Shown: piece by piece, positions 49,776 through 61,027 of the stretch
How positions within the stretch are numbered: the first letter of the stretch is position 1
Layout of the letters: each line of letters opens with the position of its first letter
NCBI GenBank assembly: GCA_031835245.2
Contig: JAVKOQ020000034.1
Location: forward strand, 186,001-250,000
Length of the DNA: 64,000 bases
Direction of reading: 5' to 3'
Source of the DNA: Balamuthia mandrillaris
Taxonomy: Eukaryota
Notes under the pieces: generated by a model
The model's database searches: none
What the model was told of the DNA's origin: nothing
The model's input: only the letters and a program-made list of their open reading frames with translations
Position numbers and translations under genes: made by a program

Positions 49776-50692
49776 CATTGCCAGAAAGAAGTAAAAACTC
49801 GTACCATAATTCGATAGTGGCGAGGCCTCAGTGGTTGTGAAGAGATGGAACAAAATCTCCTCTTTGCTTGCTTTGTTGAAGTTAAATGCTTTGGGGTTGA
49901 ATCGTTGAACCACCTTTTGAACAACGAAGGTGCAACAACCGCAGAAACGGAATATCAATAGCAACAACCATCAGGTATCAAACAATGGAAGGAGACTACC
50001 TGCGAGTCGGTCGGGAGCAGTTTTGGTTTACTGGAGCGGCCTTCTTGATACTGCTTCGCGAACCTGTACTTGCCTGGGTGTAAACCGGATAAATCATCAG
50101 AAGACAGGGCAAGAAGACAGAGCAAAGCGAAACTACCTGGAACGGTTTCAGGCACGCTCGTTACTTCATATTTCATGAGCCTCCTCTTGCTCTTCCAGAG
50201 CCGCTGCAGCACGTCATCAAAGCTCAACTCAACGTTCCTCACCGACGATGTCATCCACACACGTTCCTTCACTGCATACAAACTCGGCGTGTTGACTCCC
50301 GTTTTAACTTCTTCTGCTTCTTGAAGAAAACACCTTTCAGGGGAGATGATCACGAAACGACCTTCTTGTCGTCTGCTTCTTGCAAGAAAGGTCCTCCAGA
50401 AAGGCAACAGGGCGCCCACCGCCAACAACAACAGAAACACAGAAACGATCGCCAAGCGAGGGAGCCACCGCTTTTGGAGAGCTGCAATGCGTAACTTGAT
50501 GCAACATCTGTTGCACTCCCTCTTTCTTCGTTTGCTTTTGTACTCCGTTTGTATTGTTGTTGTTGCTGCTGTGTTCACAGACCCACCATGTTCAACATCA
50601 TATAACCGTTTTCTAGTGCCTTCCATTTCTTGCTTCTTTTTCAAACAAAGCTCAATTATTTTGGTAATTTTTGTTGTTTGCTGCAAAGACAT
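48452..50692 (-). CDS. GDP-hexose phosphorylase (GDPGP1/VTC2 family, HIT-like) with N-terminal TM anchor; start at 50692 or 50626
   Basis: Motifs FNPKAFNFNKASKEEILF, LRVGYNSLEG-GASVNHLHLQ, LLDQNIPHNL, VFLFPR and ELAGF. Ends TLFQDIVRRCTI*. Confidence 0.85.
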
Positions 50693-50842
50693 TTAGAAAG
50701 AACGAACAAGCAGAAGAGAGGAGAGAGGAGAGGAGAGCGGAGAGCGGAGAGAGGAGAGAGGAGAGAGCAGAGAGCAGAGAGGAGAGAGGAGAGAGGAGAG
50801 AGCAGAGAGCAGAGAGGAGAGGAGAGAGCAGAGAGAATGTGC

Positions 50843-51239
50843 TTATTGCTGAGGGCGATCCATCTTATGATGCTGTTGAGCGGTGGAAGCGGCCGGTATG
50901 TCTCTCAACAGGCCCAACGCGTGGGGGAGGAGCGGTACAACCACCTCCATGTTCTCTTGGACGGCTTTGCTGCTGCCGGGAAGGTTTATTATCAACGTTT
51001 GTTTTCGCATGCCGCTCACTGCTCGACTGTTGTTCCAAGAAGATGAGAACAACGAAGCATACAAGCAAGACGAGCAAAGCGAGAACGAGAGAAAATCAAA
51101 GAGAAAAGAGCAGAGAACAGAACCTGAGAGCAGCATAAGGAGTGGCTTGTAGTGAACGCAGAAGCATGGCTGTGGCTAAACCAGGGGCTTCTCGGTCTAA
51201 AACAGCTGTTTACAGCGTATTTGATTATTACAAAGGCTG

Positions 51240-51284
<45 letters not shown>

Positions 51285-51711
51285 GAGAGTAGAGAGTAGA
51301 GAGTAGAGAGGTGCATAGCACATAGCCAAAGAAAGAGATGAGAGAAAGGAAGAAAGGGAGAAAGGGAGAAAGAGAAAGAGAAGGAGAAAGAGAGAGAGCC
51401 ATCCAACCCACCTTTGGTGGCCTCAGGGGTGACATCACGAGGAGCAAAGCCAGTCCCACCAGTGGTGAGAATTAGATGGAGCCGCTTCTCGTCCACCCAT
51501 CGCACCAGCAAGTCCCTGATGACGTCCAACTCATCGGGCACAGTTTCCGTCTCCTCTACCTTTTCTTCATCCAACCAAAAGAGAAGGCATTATGAACAAG
51601 GTTTTTACGAAAAACACACCACCACAGACCTTTGCTCCAGCAAGTTGAGACTCCACGATTTGAACCAGCAACGGGCCGCTCTTGTCCTCCGCCTTTCCTC
51701 GCGCCACGCTA
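50843..51711 (-). pseudogene. mogA: Molybdopterin adenylyltransferase (MogA/Cnx1G/gephyrin-G), four intact exons but apparently 5'-truncated
   Basis: [54 protein letters not shown] and IINLPGS.KAVQE are present. The first strand (..ILTVSD) and its start codon were not found. Confidence 0.75.
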
Positions 51712-51793
51712 CTCTGCCGGCGGGATATCCGCTCCGGATATCCGGCGGATGTATCCGTACCGTATATCCGCGGATATTCGGTCGGATATCCGC
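51712..51793. mobile_element. Putative DNA-transposon terminus with GGATATCC palindromic subterminal repeats
   Basis: Begins directly after the TA at 51710-51711 where MogA homology stops. About five GGATATCC-type palindromes in 82 bp. No partner end is visible in the window. Confidence 0.5.
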
Positions 51794-52906
51794 TGTTTTT
51801 ATTTGAAAAACTTTATGATACGGGTTTGAAAAATAATATGATGAGTTCCTTTTTGGGAAGCCACTGACGTCATGCTGCTCCGATTGATTATCGTTGATAA
51901 TTATCAGAAAATTATTATTGGTCTGAAAAATTTTAATTTTATTGCAGTAAAAAAAAAATAACAAGAGAAGGGAGAGATGAGTTTGATACGTTGCTGCTCA
52001 TTGCTGCCTAGATCATGTTCGCTACAGAGCCACTTCCTGTGCGCTATGCTCCGTTGAGGTTCATCACCTGCTTTGGAACGGTACTGGCCGCAGCGTCGTT
52101 CTTGTTGGTTGAACTCGGTTCTGCCTGATTCAAGGCCTTCTTTGGAAGGGGCAGAAAGATGAACAGAGAGGGGAATGAAAAGAGAATAAGCAAATAGTTG
52201 TAAAGGTTTTCTTTGCTATGATCACAAACCTCTTCTTACTGACATGCAGAGAAAAAGCGAAAAGCACCAAGTAGAAATGGTCGTTAGGCAAGTGACGCGA
52301 TGGTGAAATAATTGTGAATAAAGTGAGTGCGAATATCAGAAATACAAAGAAAAAGCGCACAGGGACCTACGGTACCAATTGTCAAGTCTTACAAGCAACC
52401 ATGGGAACCATCAACAGAATCTTTTGGGTCTCATCATTTTTTCCTCTCCCAACTGCTCTTTCTTCCTCTGCTTTTTCGACTAAGGCTCTGCCTTGTTTTC
52501 AAGATTTAGATTTTAAATTTTAGAAACTAAAACAGAAAACTAAAATCGGCCGGAGGGGAAAATATGAAACTGACCAATAGGAAGAAACTCCCACGTCACC
52601 GAGATCATGTCCTCTCCCCTCTCTTCTCTCCTCTCTGCTATTGGCTTTCCTAATCGGGACGCTGATTTCCGCCCTCTGGAAGGTTGGCGTCCTGACGAAC
52701 CCTGCATCAGCGTCACGAACAATTTTTTTTTCTTCTTGCTCTCTATTTTTCTTTCCCGTTGTTTGTTCTCTCGTGATATGAAAAGTTTATTTGCGGTGAA
52801 TGTACAATTTTAAAAACATCCTTCAGCTGGAGTGCCAAAAGACTTTAGCTACCACTGTGTGCCGGTCTTGCTTTAACTGGACCGACTTTCCAAAGTCCGT
52901 GCGAGT

Positions 52907-53827
52907 TTACTCATCACAAGGGCAGTGGTTGTTCCTGGCCCAACGCAGTACCTCCGAGTGTCCACCCCTGGCTGCGCCGGCGCACGTTCGCTCGTCCCAA
53001 GGACAGTGGTTGTTCCTGGCCCACCTCAGCACCTCCAAGTTTCCACTTTTGGCTGCGCCAGCGCATGTTTGTTCGTCCCAAGGACAATGATTATTTCTGG
53101 CCCACCTCAGCACTTCCAGCTCCCCACTTCTGGCTGCGCCGGCGCACGTTTGCTCGTCCCAAGGGCAGTGGTTGTTCCTGGCCCACCTCAACACCTCCAA
53201 GTTCCCACTTCTGGCTGCGCCGGCGCACGTTCGCTCGTCCCAAGGACAGTGGTTGTTCCTGGCCCATCGCAACACCTCCAAGTTCCCACTTCTGGCTGCG
53301 CCAGCGCATGTTTGTTCGTCCCAAGGACAGTGGTTGTTCCTGGCCCACCTCAGCACCTCCAAGTTTCCACTTTTGGCTGCGCCAGCGCATGTTCGCTCGT
53401 CCCAAGGACAATGATTATTTCTGGCCCACCTCAGCACTTCCAGCTCCCCACTTCTGGCTGCGTCGGCACACGTTCGCTCGTCCCAAGGACAGTGGTTGTT
53501 CCTGGCCCACCTCAACACCTCCAAGTTCCCGCTTTTGGCTGCGCCGGCACACGTTCGCTCGTCCCAAGGGCAGTGGTTGTTTCGGACCCACCTCAGCACT
53601 TCCAAGTCCCCACTTCTGGCTGCGCCGGCACACGTTCGCTCGTCCCAAGGACAGTGGTTGTTCCTGGCCCATCGCAACACCTCCAAGTTCCCACCTCTTG
53701 CCGCGTAGGCGCAGAGGTCTTCGTTCCAAGCCTCGCGTCTGTTGCTTAAACCCTTTTTCAGCGCATCCACGTCGCCGTCCTTTTCGAACGTCTTAAATAG
53801 CTCCTTTACGCTTGTCTGCCTCTGCAT
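52907..53827 (-). CDS. Intronless CPW-type ankyrin-repeat protein (copy 3), ten near-identical 27-aa (81-bp) repeats
   Basis: Repeats of CPWDERTCAGAARSGNLEVLRWARNNH. A degenerate F-box-like upstream ORF (53827-54045) stops in TAATG overlapping the ATG. Confidence 0.9.
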   Translation of the reverse strand: MQRQTSVKELFKTFEKDGDVDALKKGLSNRREAWNEDLCAYAARGGNLEVLRWARNNHCPWDERTCAGAARSGDLEVLRWVRNNHCPWDERTCAGAAKSGNLEVLRWARNNHCPWDERTCADAARSGELEVLRWARNNHCPWDERTCAGAAKSGNLEVLRWARNNHCPWDEQTCAGAARSGNLEVLRWARNNHCPWDERTCAGAARSGNLEVLRWARNNHCPWDEQTCAGAARSGELEVLRWARNNHCPWDEQTCAGAAKSGNLEVLRWARNNHCPWDERTCAGAARGGHSEVLRWARNNHCPCDE

Positions 53828-55274
53828 TAATGTTCTTCCGCAGGTCTGTCTTTTGCGTTCCTAGCTAACCGTGCCACTGGGACTGCTTTGACAGCACGCC
53901 AACAGCGGCTTTTATACGCCATTCTTCCTCGCTGCTGTTGGCCTTGCCTCGTGCTGCACAGGATGGCTGAAAAGAATTGGCAAGGGGCAAAAAGACAGCA
54001 AAATATGTCCAGGCGAAGTTCTGCTTTTATCAGCGATGTCGACAAGGACCACCTTCAGAGCGGACCATAGCCTCTCCGCCAAATCAGAAATTTCTCGCCC
54101 ACGAAAAGAGCTAGTCTTCGCACTTTTCGCAGCTGGCTGGCTTTTCGTGTGAACCAAAGCACCCTCAAATACGCACTCATTTTTTTTTTCGCAACAGACC
54201 GCCGTGTCGTGGTTCACCACATAGCTCTTCGAGATTGGGATCACCGCGATAAGCGCACGTTTTGTCCAACCTTGAGTTTATCAGTTGTAGGACATAGTTT
54301 TTAATAAAAGAGCTGTTGTAAAGGTGAGAATCCTTCATGACTTCCAAAGAGCACAGGGATTGCTTGAATTAGACCAGGCCCAGAAGCTGAAACAGGATGA
54401 GTCAACACATAAAGTCGAGATGCTTGCCCTGCATGGCATTATCCCGATAGAATATATGGCACGACAAGAAAAGATGATTGGACAATGCGTCCCTTTCACG
54501 CGTTACACAGACTCCCATTCTCCGCAATCCTGCGCAGGTATCCTCGCTACGCACCATCATCACGACAATGATGTCATCCGATGGAGCTTATCGTGAGGAG
54601 CGGGAACAACGACGATATCATCTCGCGAACGGACGCTTGGGGCAATGAATTTAATGTCGACAAATCATGGGTTTGATTTTTTGTCGATGTGTCAGATCTC
54701 TGCAGAGAGGACATTGAAAACTGACCAACCAAGTATCAAACAAATTGATATGTCGACGAAAACGAAATTCCGCGTAGCCCGAACAGAAAAGAAAACGAAA
54801 AGCAAAAGAAGGAGAAGGCAGAGGCCCACTTTGCGTTTCACACAAACCGACGACGACGACTGCCCAACTCGATGTTCTTTCTTGTGGCCAATCATGCCGC
54901 CTTTTTTTCCTTGTTTGAAAAGGTTTCGCCAAATGTTTCTGTTCGCCCAAAATTTGCTTTTTGAGGGTTGAAGCCGCCGTTATGTTTTCTATTCCATTCG
55001 CATTTCCGGTTCGTTTTCTCCGTTCTTCCTTTCAAAAACACCGCTGCCCTGACTTCTTTGTCTCAGCTGGCCTGGAGGGTTTAACGTCTCGTTTTCTGTT
55101 CTCTGTTCTCTCATTTCAAAAGAAAACAAAACACAAACACAACCATTGTTTTGGCTGCGCCTCAAAGCTAACCACAAACCTTGTTTTTGTTGTTGTTGTG
55201 AAGTTTGCTTATACCACAGGGCATTTGAAGAACCTCCTGCTCCTGCTTTTCTTCTGCTTTTTTTTTGGCTGTGC

Positions 55275-55729
55275 ATGTTTTTTTGGTTAGTGTTGATAGT
55301 GGTTGGACTGTCTGGCTTCCTAGCTCTATTCCTCATTTACCTTTACTTCCACTGCCTTGCCAAGATTCAGGTTTGTTTCTCTCTCTTCTTCCCTTGTGGT
55401 GGTGTTGTCGTTCTTCTTGCTCTGCTTCTTGTTCTTGTTCTTCTTCCTCCTCCTCTCCTCTCCTCTCCTCTTCTCCTGCTTCTTGTGATTCTTCCTGTTG
55501 TTCTTCTCCTCCTCTTCGTTCTTCCTCTTGGGTTTCTCTGTCTCAACAACATAAACAACAGGCTGATCGAGAAGGAGAAGAAGGCCTCGAAGACGAACCA
55601 GAAGAAGAAGAATCATCAACGGACGAAGACGAGGACTACTTTGACAAACAACAACAAGAGCGCTACGAAGCACCCTCCCCGCCTCACTTTTACCAAAAGG
55701 AACCAATTCATCACTCCGTCTCCGTATGA
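55275..55729 (+). CDS. Small single-TM protein with acidic tail (87 aa; exons 55275-55370, 55562-55729), or N-terminal exons of the DHCR7 gene
   Basis: MFFWLVLIVVGLSGFLALFLIYLYFHCLAKIQ splices in phase 0 to ADREGEEGLEDEPEEEE...HHSVSV*. Confidence 0.55.
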
Positions 55730-57507
55730 CAACTTCTCTTTTCTCCTCCTCAGCAACGGCAGCAACAACCACAATGCCAGTTCCCTCTGACCTTTTGCGT
55801 ACTCGTAAACGTTCTCCCAACAACAGTACTCATGGACCTTCTCCTTCTTCTTCCTCTTCTTCTTTCCCATGTAAGAACAAGATCAAAAGCAGCAGCTCAC
55901 CCAAACTAACAAAGAAGAAAGCACAGCAATGGGGAGTGGACACGAGCGCTATGGGATTTGTGAAGGACGACCTCTCGGGATGGCTTTGCAGCTTGTTGGT
56001 GCTGGTGCTCATCCCAGTGGTCATGTTCGGCTATTGGTTCTCCTGCGAGGAGCACAACTGCAGCATTCTCTCCGCTGCGCTATCTCCTCTCTTCGGGAGT
56101 GAAGAAGGAACGATGAAAAGCATAGCGGATTACATTCCGAGGCCAACGGCCAAAGCGTGGCTGATGGCCATCACTTGGATACTCTTTCAGGCTGCGTTGT
56201 TCCGTTTCTTACCTGGAAGACCGACCAAGGGACAGCCAACACCAACCGGAAACGTGCTCCTCTATAATATCAACGGCATCCAAGCGTTAGTTGTGACGTT
56301 GGCAACATTCTTGATTGCCTCGTTTGGATTGGGACTGTTTCCTGCTTCCATCATTTATCACAACTATGGGCCTTTGCTGTCGGTGGCGTCTATATTGGGA
56401 TTCGGGTTGAGCGCTGTTATGTTGCTCAAGGGCACGTTCTTCCCAACGAACTCGGATGTGTTAAGGAAAGGAACTGTTTTGTATCGGTTCTTCCAGGGCA
56501 CCGAATTGAATCCCAGGTTGGTCATTTTCCTTCTCTTTTCTTCTCTGGTTTACCAAGCTAAACGGTTCCACCAACAGAATTGGCAACTTTGATCTGAAGT
56601 TGTTCTTTATTGGGAGAGTTGGAATGATGGCATGGCCTGTCATGAACCTCTCCTACCTCGCTGCTCAGTACGAGATGAACCTATCTCAGCTCTTGCAACA
56701 ACAAGAGCAAGCCATGTCGCTCGATGAAGTTGTTGCTCCTGCCGTCAACGTTCACCTCGAATCCGGCGAGCTTATCTTTGGAGTGAGCAACGCAATGCTA
56801 TTGGTCTTCGTGTTGCAGATGTTTTACATCGTGGACTTCTTCGTGAAAGAGGCGTGGTACCTCTCCACTCTCGATATTATGCTTGACCATTTCGGATTTT
56901 ACCTGTGCTATGGCTCTTGCGTTGGTATTCCGTTTACCTACACACTCCAGGTACTGTGGTCTTCCTATCAATTTCCTTGTTTTGCTTTCTTCTGACACAA
57001 GGCAACAAAAAGTGTTATTACCTGGCATCGATGAGCGATCCAACCAAATCCGCTTCCTCTCTGATCATTAACTGGGAGGGATGGCAAGCCCTTGCCATCC
57101 TTCTCCTCGGTCTCAGCAGCTACGTCCTCTTCCGTCTTAGCAACAACCAACGTCTCGCCTTTCGCGCGAGCGGCGGTCGCTCCAAGATTTGGGGTCGGCC
57201 TCCTCGCTTCGTGCGAGCCCCCTATCGCACCGCTTCCGGGGAGTGCAGAGAAAACTTGTTGTTGGCCTCCGGTTATTGGGGACTGGCGAGACACTTCAAC
57301 TATCTGGTCGATCTCGTTCAGAGCTTCACTTTTGGACTGTGTTGTGGCTTCCATCACATCATGCCGCATTCCTACACGTTCATCATGTTGGGATTGCTGT
57401 TGCACAGAGCGGCTCGTGATGAGAGGAGGTGCTCGTTGAAGTACGGAGAGGCCTGGAAGGAGTATTGCCGATTGGTGCCTGCTGTCCTTATTCCCAAAGT
57501 TTACTGA
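55726..57507 (+). CDS. DHCR7: 7-dehydrocholesterol reductase (ERG4/ERG24 family)
   Basis: Motifs GQPTPTGNVLLYNING, FFQGTELNPR, FFIGRVGMMAW, EAWYLSTLDIMLDHFGFYL, LLASGYWGLARHFNY and HRAARDERRCSLKYG.AW.EYC..VP. The start codon is uncertain. Confidence 0.88.
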
Positions 57508-57593
57508 CCTCCTTGCAATTTTGACTTCCTGTGTGTCAGTTTGAACAACAAAATACAAAGCATGTCTTAAAGCAAGAAGAGAGAATGAGAAAG

Positions 57594-57634
<41 letters not shown>

Positions 57635-57736
57635 CAAACAGACAGAAGACAGGTACAGAAAAAGCATTTTTAGAATGGCAACTAGCGGAAAGAAAAATAT
57701 AAAAAACAAAACAGAAAGCAAAAAAAGAGTGAAACA

Positions 57737-58049
57737 TCAGAATCCAGCAAAGTCAGCGAAGCGCTGAATAAGAGATTTCGCCGCGATGAAGTTCGCTTTG
57801 CTAGAACTCCCCATGGAGCTTGAAAGCTTGCTGCTGCCAGCGATGGAAGAGGACAACGAAGGGGCCTTTCCTCCAATAGACTTGTTCAATGATGCAGTAG
57901 ACTTTTTGAGGTGGATCGGGTTCATTTTGTGGGCGTACTTGGGGATGGCTGGTATTGTCACACCATCCCCGATGCCGCTGAAGCATGCAATAGGATACAC
58001 ATCCTCTCCGGCTGAAAAGTCTATAACAACGTTTTGTTAACCAATCAGT

Positions 58050-58086
<37 letters not shown>

Positions 58087-58957
58087 GTACTGGCAGTTGT
58101 AGTGTGAATGGAGCTTCCGTTCTTGTACCATTTGATAGTCTTGGCCTCAACATCAACTTGAATGCCGAGCACGTCAGAGGCACCGTAGTTAGAGATGTAG
58201 GTCGTGGAACCCGCATTGTAGATTTGTCCGCTGTTATACCATGTCCAACTGCATCATCCATCAGTAGTATATAATACGGTTATGGCCAAATGAAATATAG
58301 AAGAGGTATATGATAAATATACAGTGAGAAAAATATGGTGATAATTATAAGGAGATCGTAAAGCCAGAAGGAGAGAAAAAGTAAGAGGTGACATACGCGT
58401 TGCCATAAGTTCCGGCATAACATGACCTGATAACATCTCCACAAACTACACCAAGCATAACGCTAGAGCATTGGTTCAACTGGAACTCTATCTGGTTTCT
58501 GAAGGGAGTGAAAGGTTGCAGGCAGCGAACATTGGTCCAGCTGCCAGTTCCAGTGTGAGTGACTGTATACTTGTCATCGCTGATGTTGATGCCAGGGCCA
58601 CACTTGTCCGTGTCGAAGCTAAAACCGGATCTCCTCTTGATTCTTGGATGATCTTCATCCAAGCTCTTGTCGTAGACAAAGTACCTATAAGCCTCGTGCA
58701 ACAGCTCTTGGACAACCGGTAGGTGTTGCAACGTTTCGTCCGCTTCTACCATTTGGTTGAGGTATTGTGGCGGCATGACCGGGAAGCGTACCAGCGGCAG
58801 CAGAGTGCTCAATACACCGTCTCGAAGCTGAGGATCCTCTTTCAGCCATTGGTTAGCATACCGGATTACTCCTTCGTACAATTGTTGCTCTGATCTGTGG
58901 ATGGAGAGGAGGGAGGGGGAGAGAGGGAGAGAGGGGGGGGGAGAGAGGGAGAAGGAT

Positions 58958-59002
<45 letters not shown>

Positions 59003-59975
59003 AGGGAGGGAGGGAGGGAGGGAGGGAGCAGTGAGTAGTTGAAAGGACATAGTGGAGAGCAAAAGATAAGCACCTGATTTGAATTTCATCAGTCTGCATG
59101 ATTTCAGCCCACATGGGCAATGACATCTCCAACAGTCGGTCATCGTCCAACAGTTCTCCAAATTGAGTGGCAAGGTATTCAGCACATGCTGCCTTCAGGG
59201 TGTCCACTTTGAATTGGTCAACCACTTCCAAGAACAGAACTATGTTTCTTGGTCCCACTATTTCTGCCAAGATAGAACCGCATGCCTCCTACCCTCATGT
59301 TAGTGTTGGGAAGAGAGGTATTGTGGTTGGTGAGAAACAAAGAAGAAATAAGAACAAAAAGACAAAAAACAAACGAACCTTGAGACTATCAATATCGTAG
59401 TACGAGGAGAGAGCAACGACCGACAAGATGTTCGTGCCGTTGACAAAGTCCATTTCTCCAGTATACATATACGCGATCATGTGCTTGAAGGTCTCATAGT
59501 CCTCCGGGTCCACCGACACCGGCAACTCTTCCAACGTGCTGGTGATATTCTTTTCATCAGCCAACCCATCTCACAAGAAAAAAAACCAAATAAACAAAAA
59601 CAAAAAAATAAAAAACAAAAAAAAAAATAAAAAACAAAACAAAAAAATAAAAAAAAATAAAAAAAAATAAAACAAAAATCTAAAAAAAAAAAGAAGGAAA
59701 AAAAACCTTTCTTGCCAAACGCCTCCCAACATGGACCGAAAGGTCTCGCTCCACAGACACAAGACCATGCGATGACATTTGATCTTCTCAGAGCCGACCA
59801 CCAGCGTGAGGTCGCTCAAAAAGTCGTTCTTGTGCAGCGCTTTGAAGCCGGGGAAGAGGCTGTGGGCAAAGCGGTTGGCATCAAATGTTCCTTTCTCCCT
59901 TTCAGGCAGGATCAGGCCGGCCTCTTCTGATCCTCCTTGTGCGGCTTTGAGCTTCTCCTTTCCTTTGCCTTCCAT
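57737..59975 (-). CDS. BTB/POZ-BACK-SPRY domain protein
   Basis: BTB SDLTLVVGSEKIKCHRMVLCLWSETFRSML...MIAYMYTG; BACK EQQLYEGVIRY..LLPLVRFPVM; SPRY-like GIQVDVEAKTIKWYKNG..VYPIAC. Confidence 0.88.
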
Positions 59976-60247
59976 TTTGTTTTTTTTTCTCCCTCTTTCT
60001 TTCTTCATCCCTTCTTTCTCCTTTCTTTTTTTTTTTTTTATTTTTTATTTTAATTTCTTATTTTTTTAGTCAAATTTTTCTGTGATTCAAATTACTGTCG
60101 ACAAAGAATGTTTGTAATTCCAAAAATGTCCTTTATTTATTTCTTTTCTTTCTTTTCTTTCTTTTTTTCTTTCTTTCTTTCTTTTTTTTTTCTTTTCTTT
60201 TCTTCTTTTCTTTTTCTTATCTTTTCTTTTCTTTCTTTCTTTTCTTT

Positions 60248-60977
60248 TCAAGAGGAATGCAGATTGAGACGTTCCACCTCGTCCAAGAAAGAAAGGTCGG
60301 ATGGCAGGGGATCAGCCACGGTCAAGCCTTTTTCTTTCAACCACTCCCCGTCATACAGCTTGGAGGCATACCTCTCTCCTCCATCACAGAGAAAGGTGAC
60401 GATGCAATGGCCAGGCCCCATCTTCTTTGCCAAGAGATAAGCGGCCACCACGTTCAATGCCCCGCTGCCGCCAGTGTAGATGCCCTCACGGTGGAGCAGG
60501 TAATGGGCCATCGTTACTGCCGCGCGGTCGTCCACGCACTCAAAGAGGCCATCTATCTTGGCCTGTGCTAAGTTCTTGTATAACAAACTACTTCCTGTAA
60601 AAGAATTATCAGAAGATAAAGCAGAAAGAGGAGAGAGACAGAGAGCGAGAGAATAAAAGCAAACAGAGAAAACGAACCAATGCCTTCCATGTTGGATGGT
60701 TTGTTCTTCTCTTTCTCCTCCGATGTTTTTTCTCGAAGCTGCCACCGCAATACTCCTTTTTTCTTTTCGCCATCTTCAGCTTCATCGTTGGGGGTAACCT
60801 GATCAGCAGTAATGCCAGAGCTTTGCAAGTTCATGAGATAGACTTGCACGTCTGGATTCTTTTCTTTGAGGTAGTGGGATGTGCCTGCTATGGTGCCGCC
60901 CGTTCCAGCTGCCAACGCCACCCCATCCACTTTGCCTTGCGTCTGTTGCCATATCTCTATCCAAAACAAATAAGAAG

Positions 60978-61027
<50 letters not shown>

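Noticed and set aside
52907..53730. Regular 81-bp repeats as a CRISPR array
   Set aside because: There are no unique spacers, the repeats are contiguous and encode ankyrin units, and the context is eukaryotic with no cas genes.
54010..54070. LKVVLVDIADKS as the missing MogA first strand
   Set aside because: Poor match to GILTVSD, with no adjacent inverted transposon end or TA junction and no usable splice.
54240..54650. Possible transposase remnant upstream of ankyrin copy 3
   Set aside because: Only short ORFs, with no DDE, RT or Rep/helicase motif recognisable by eye.
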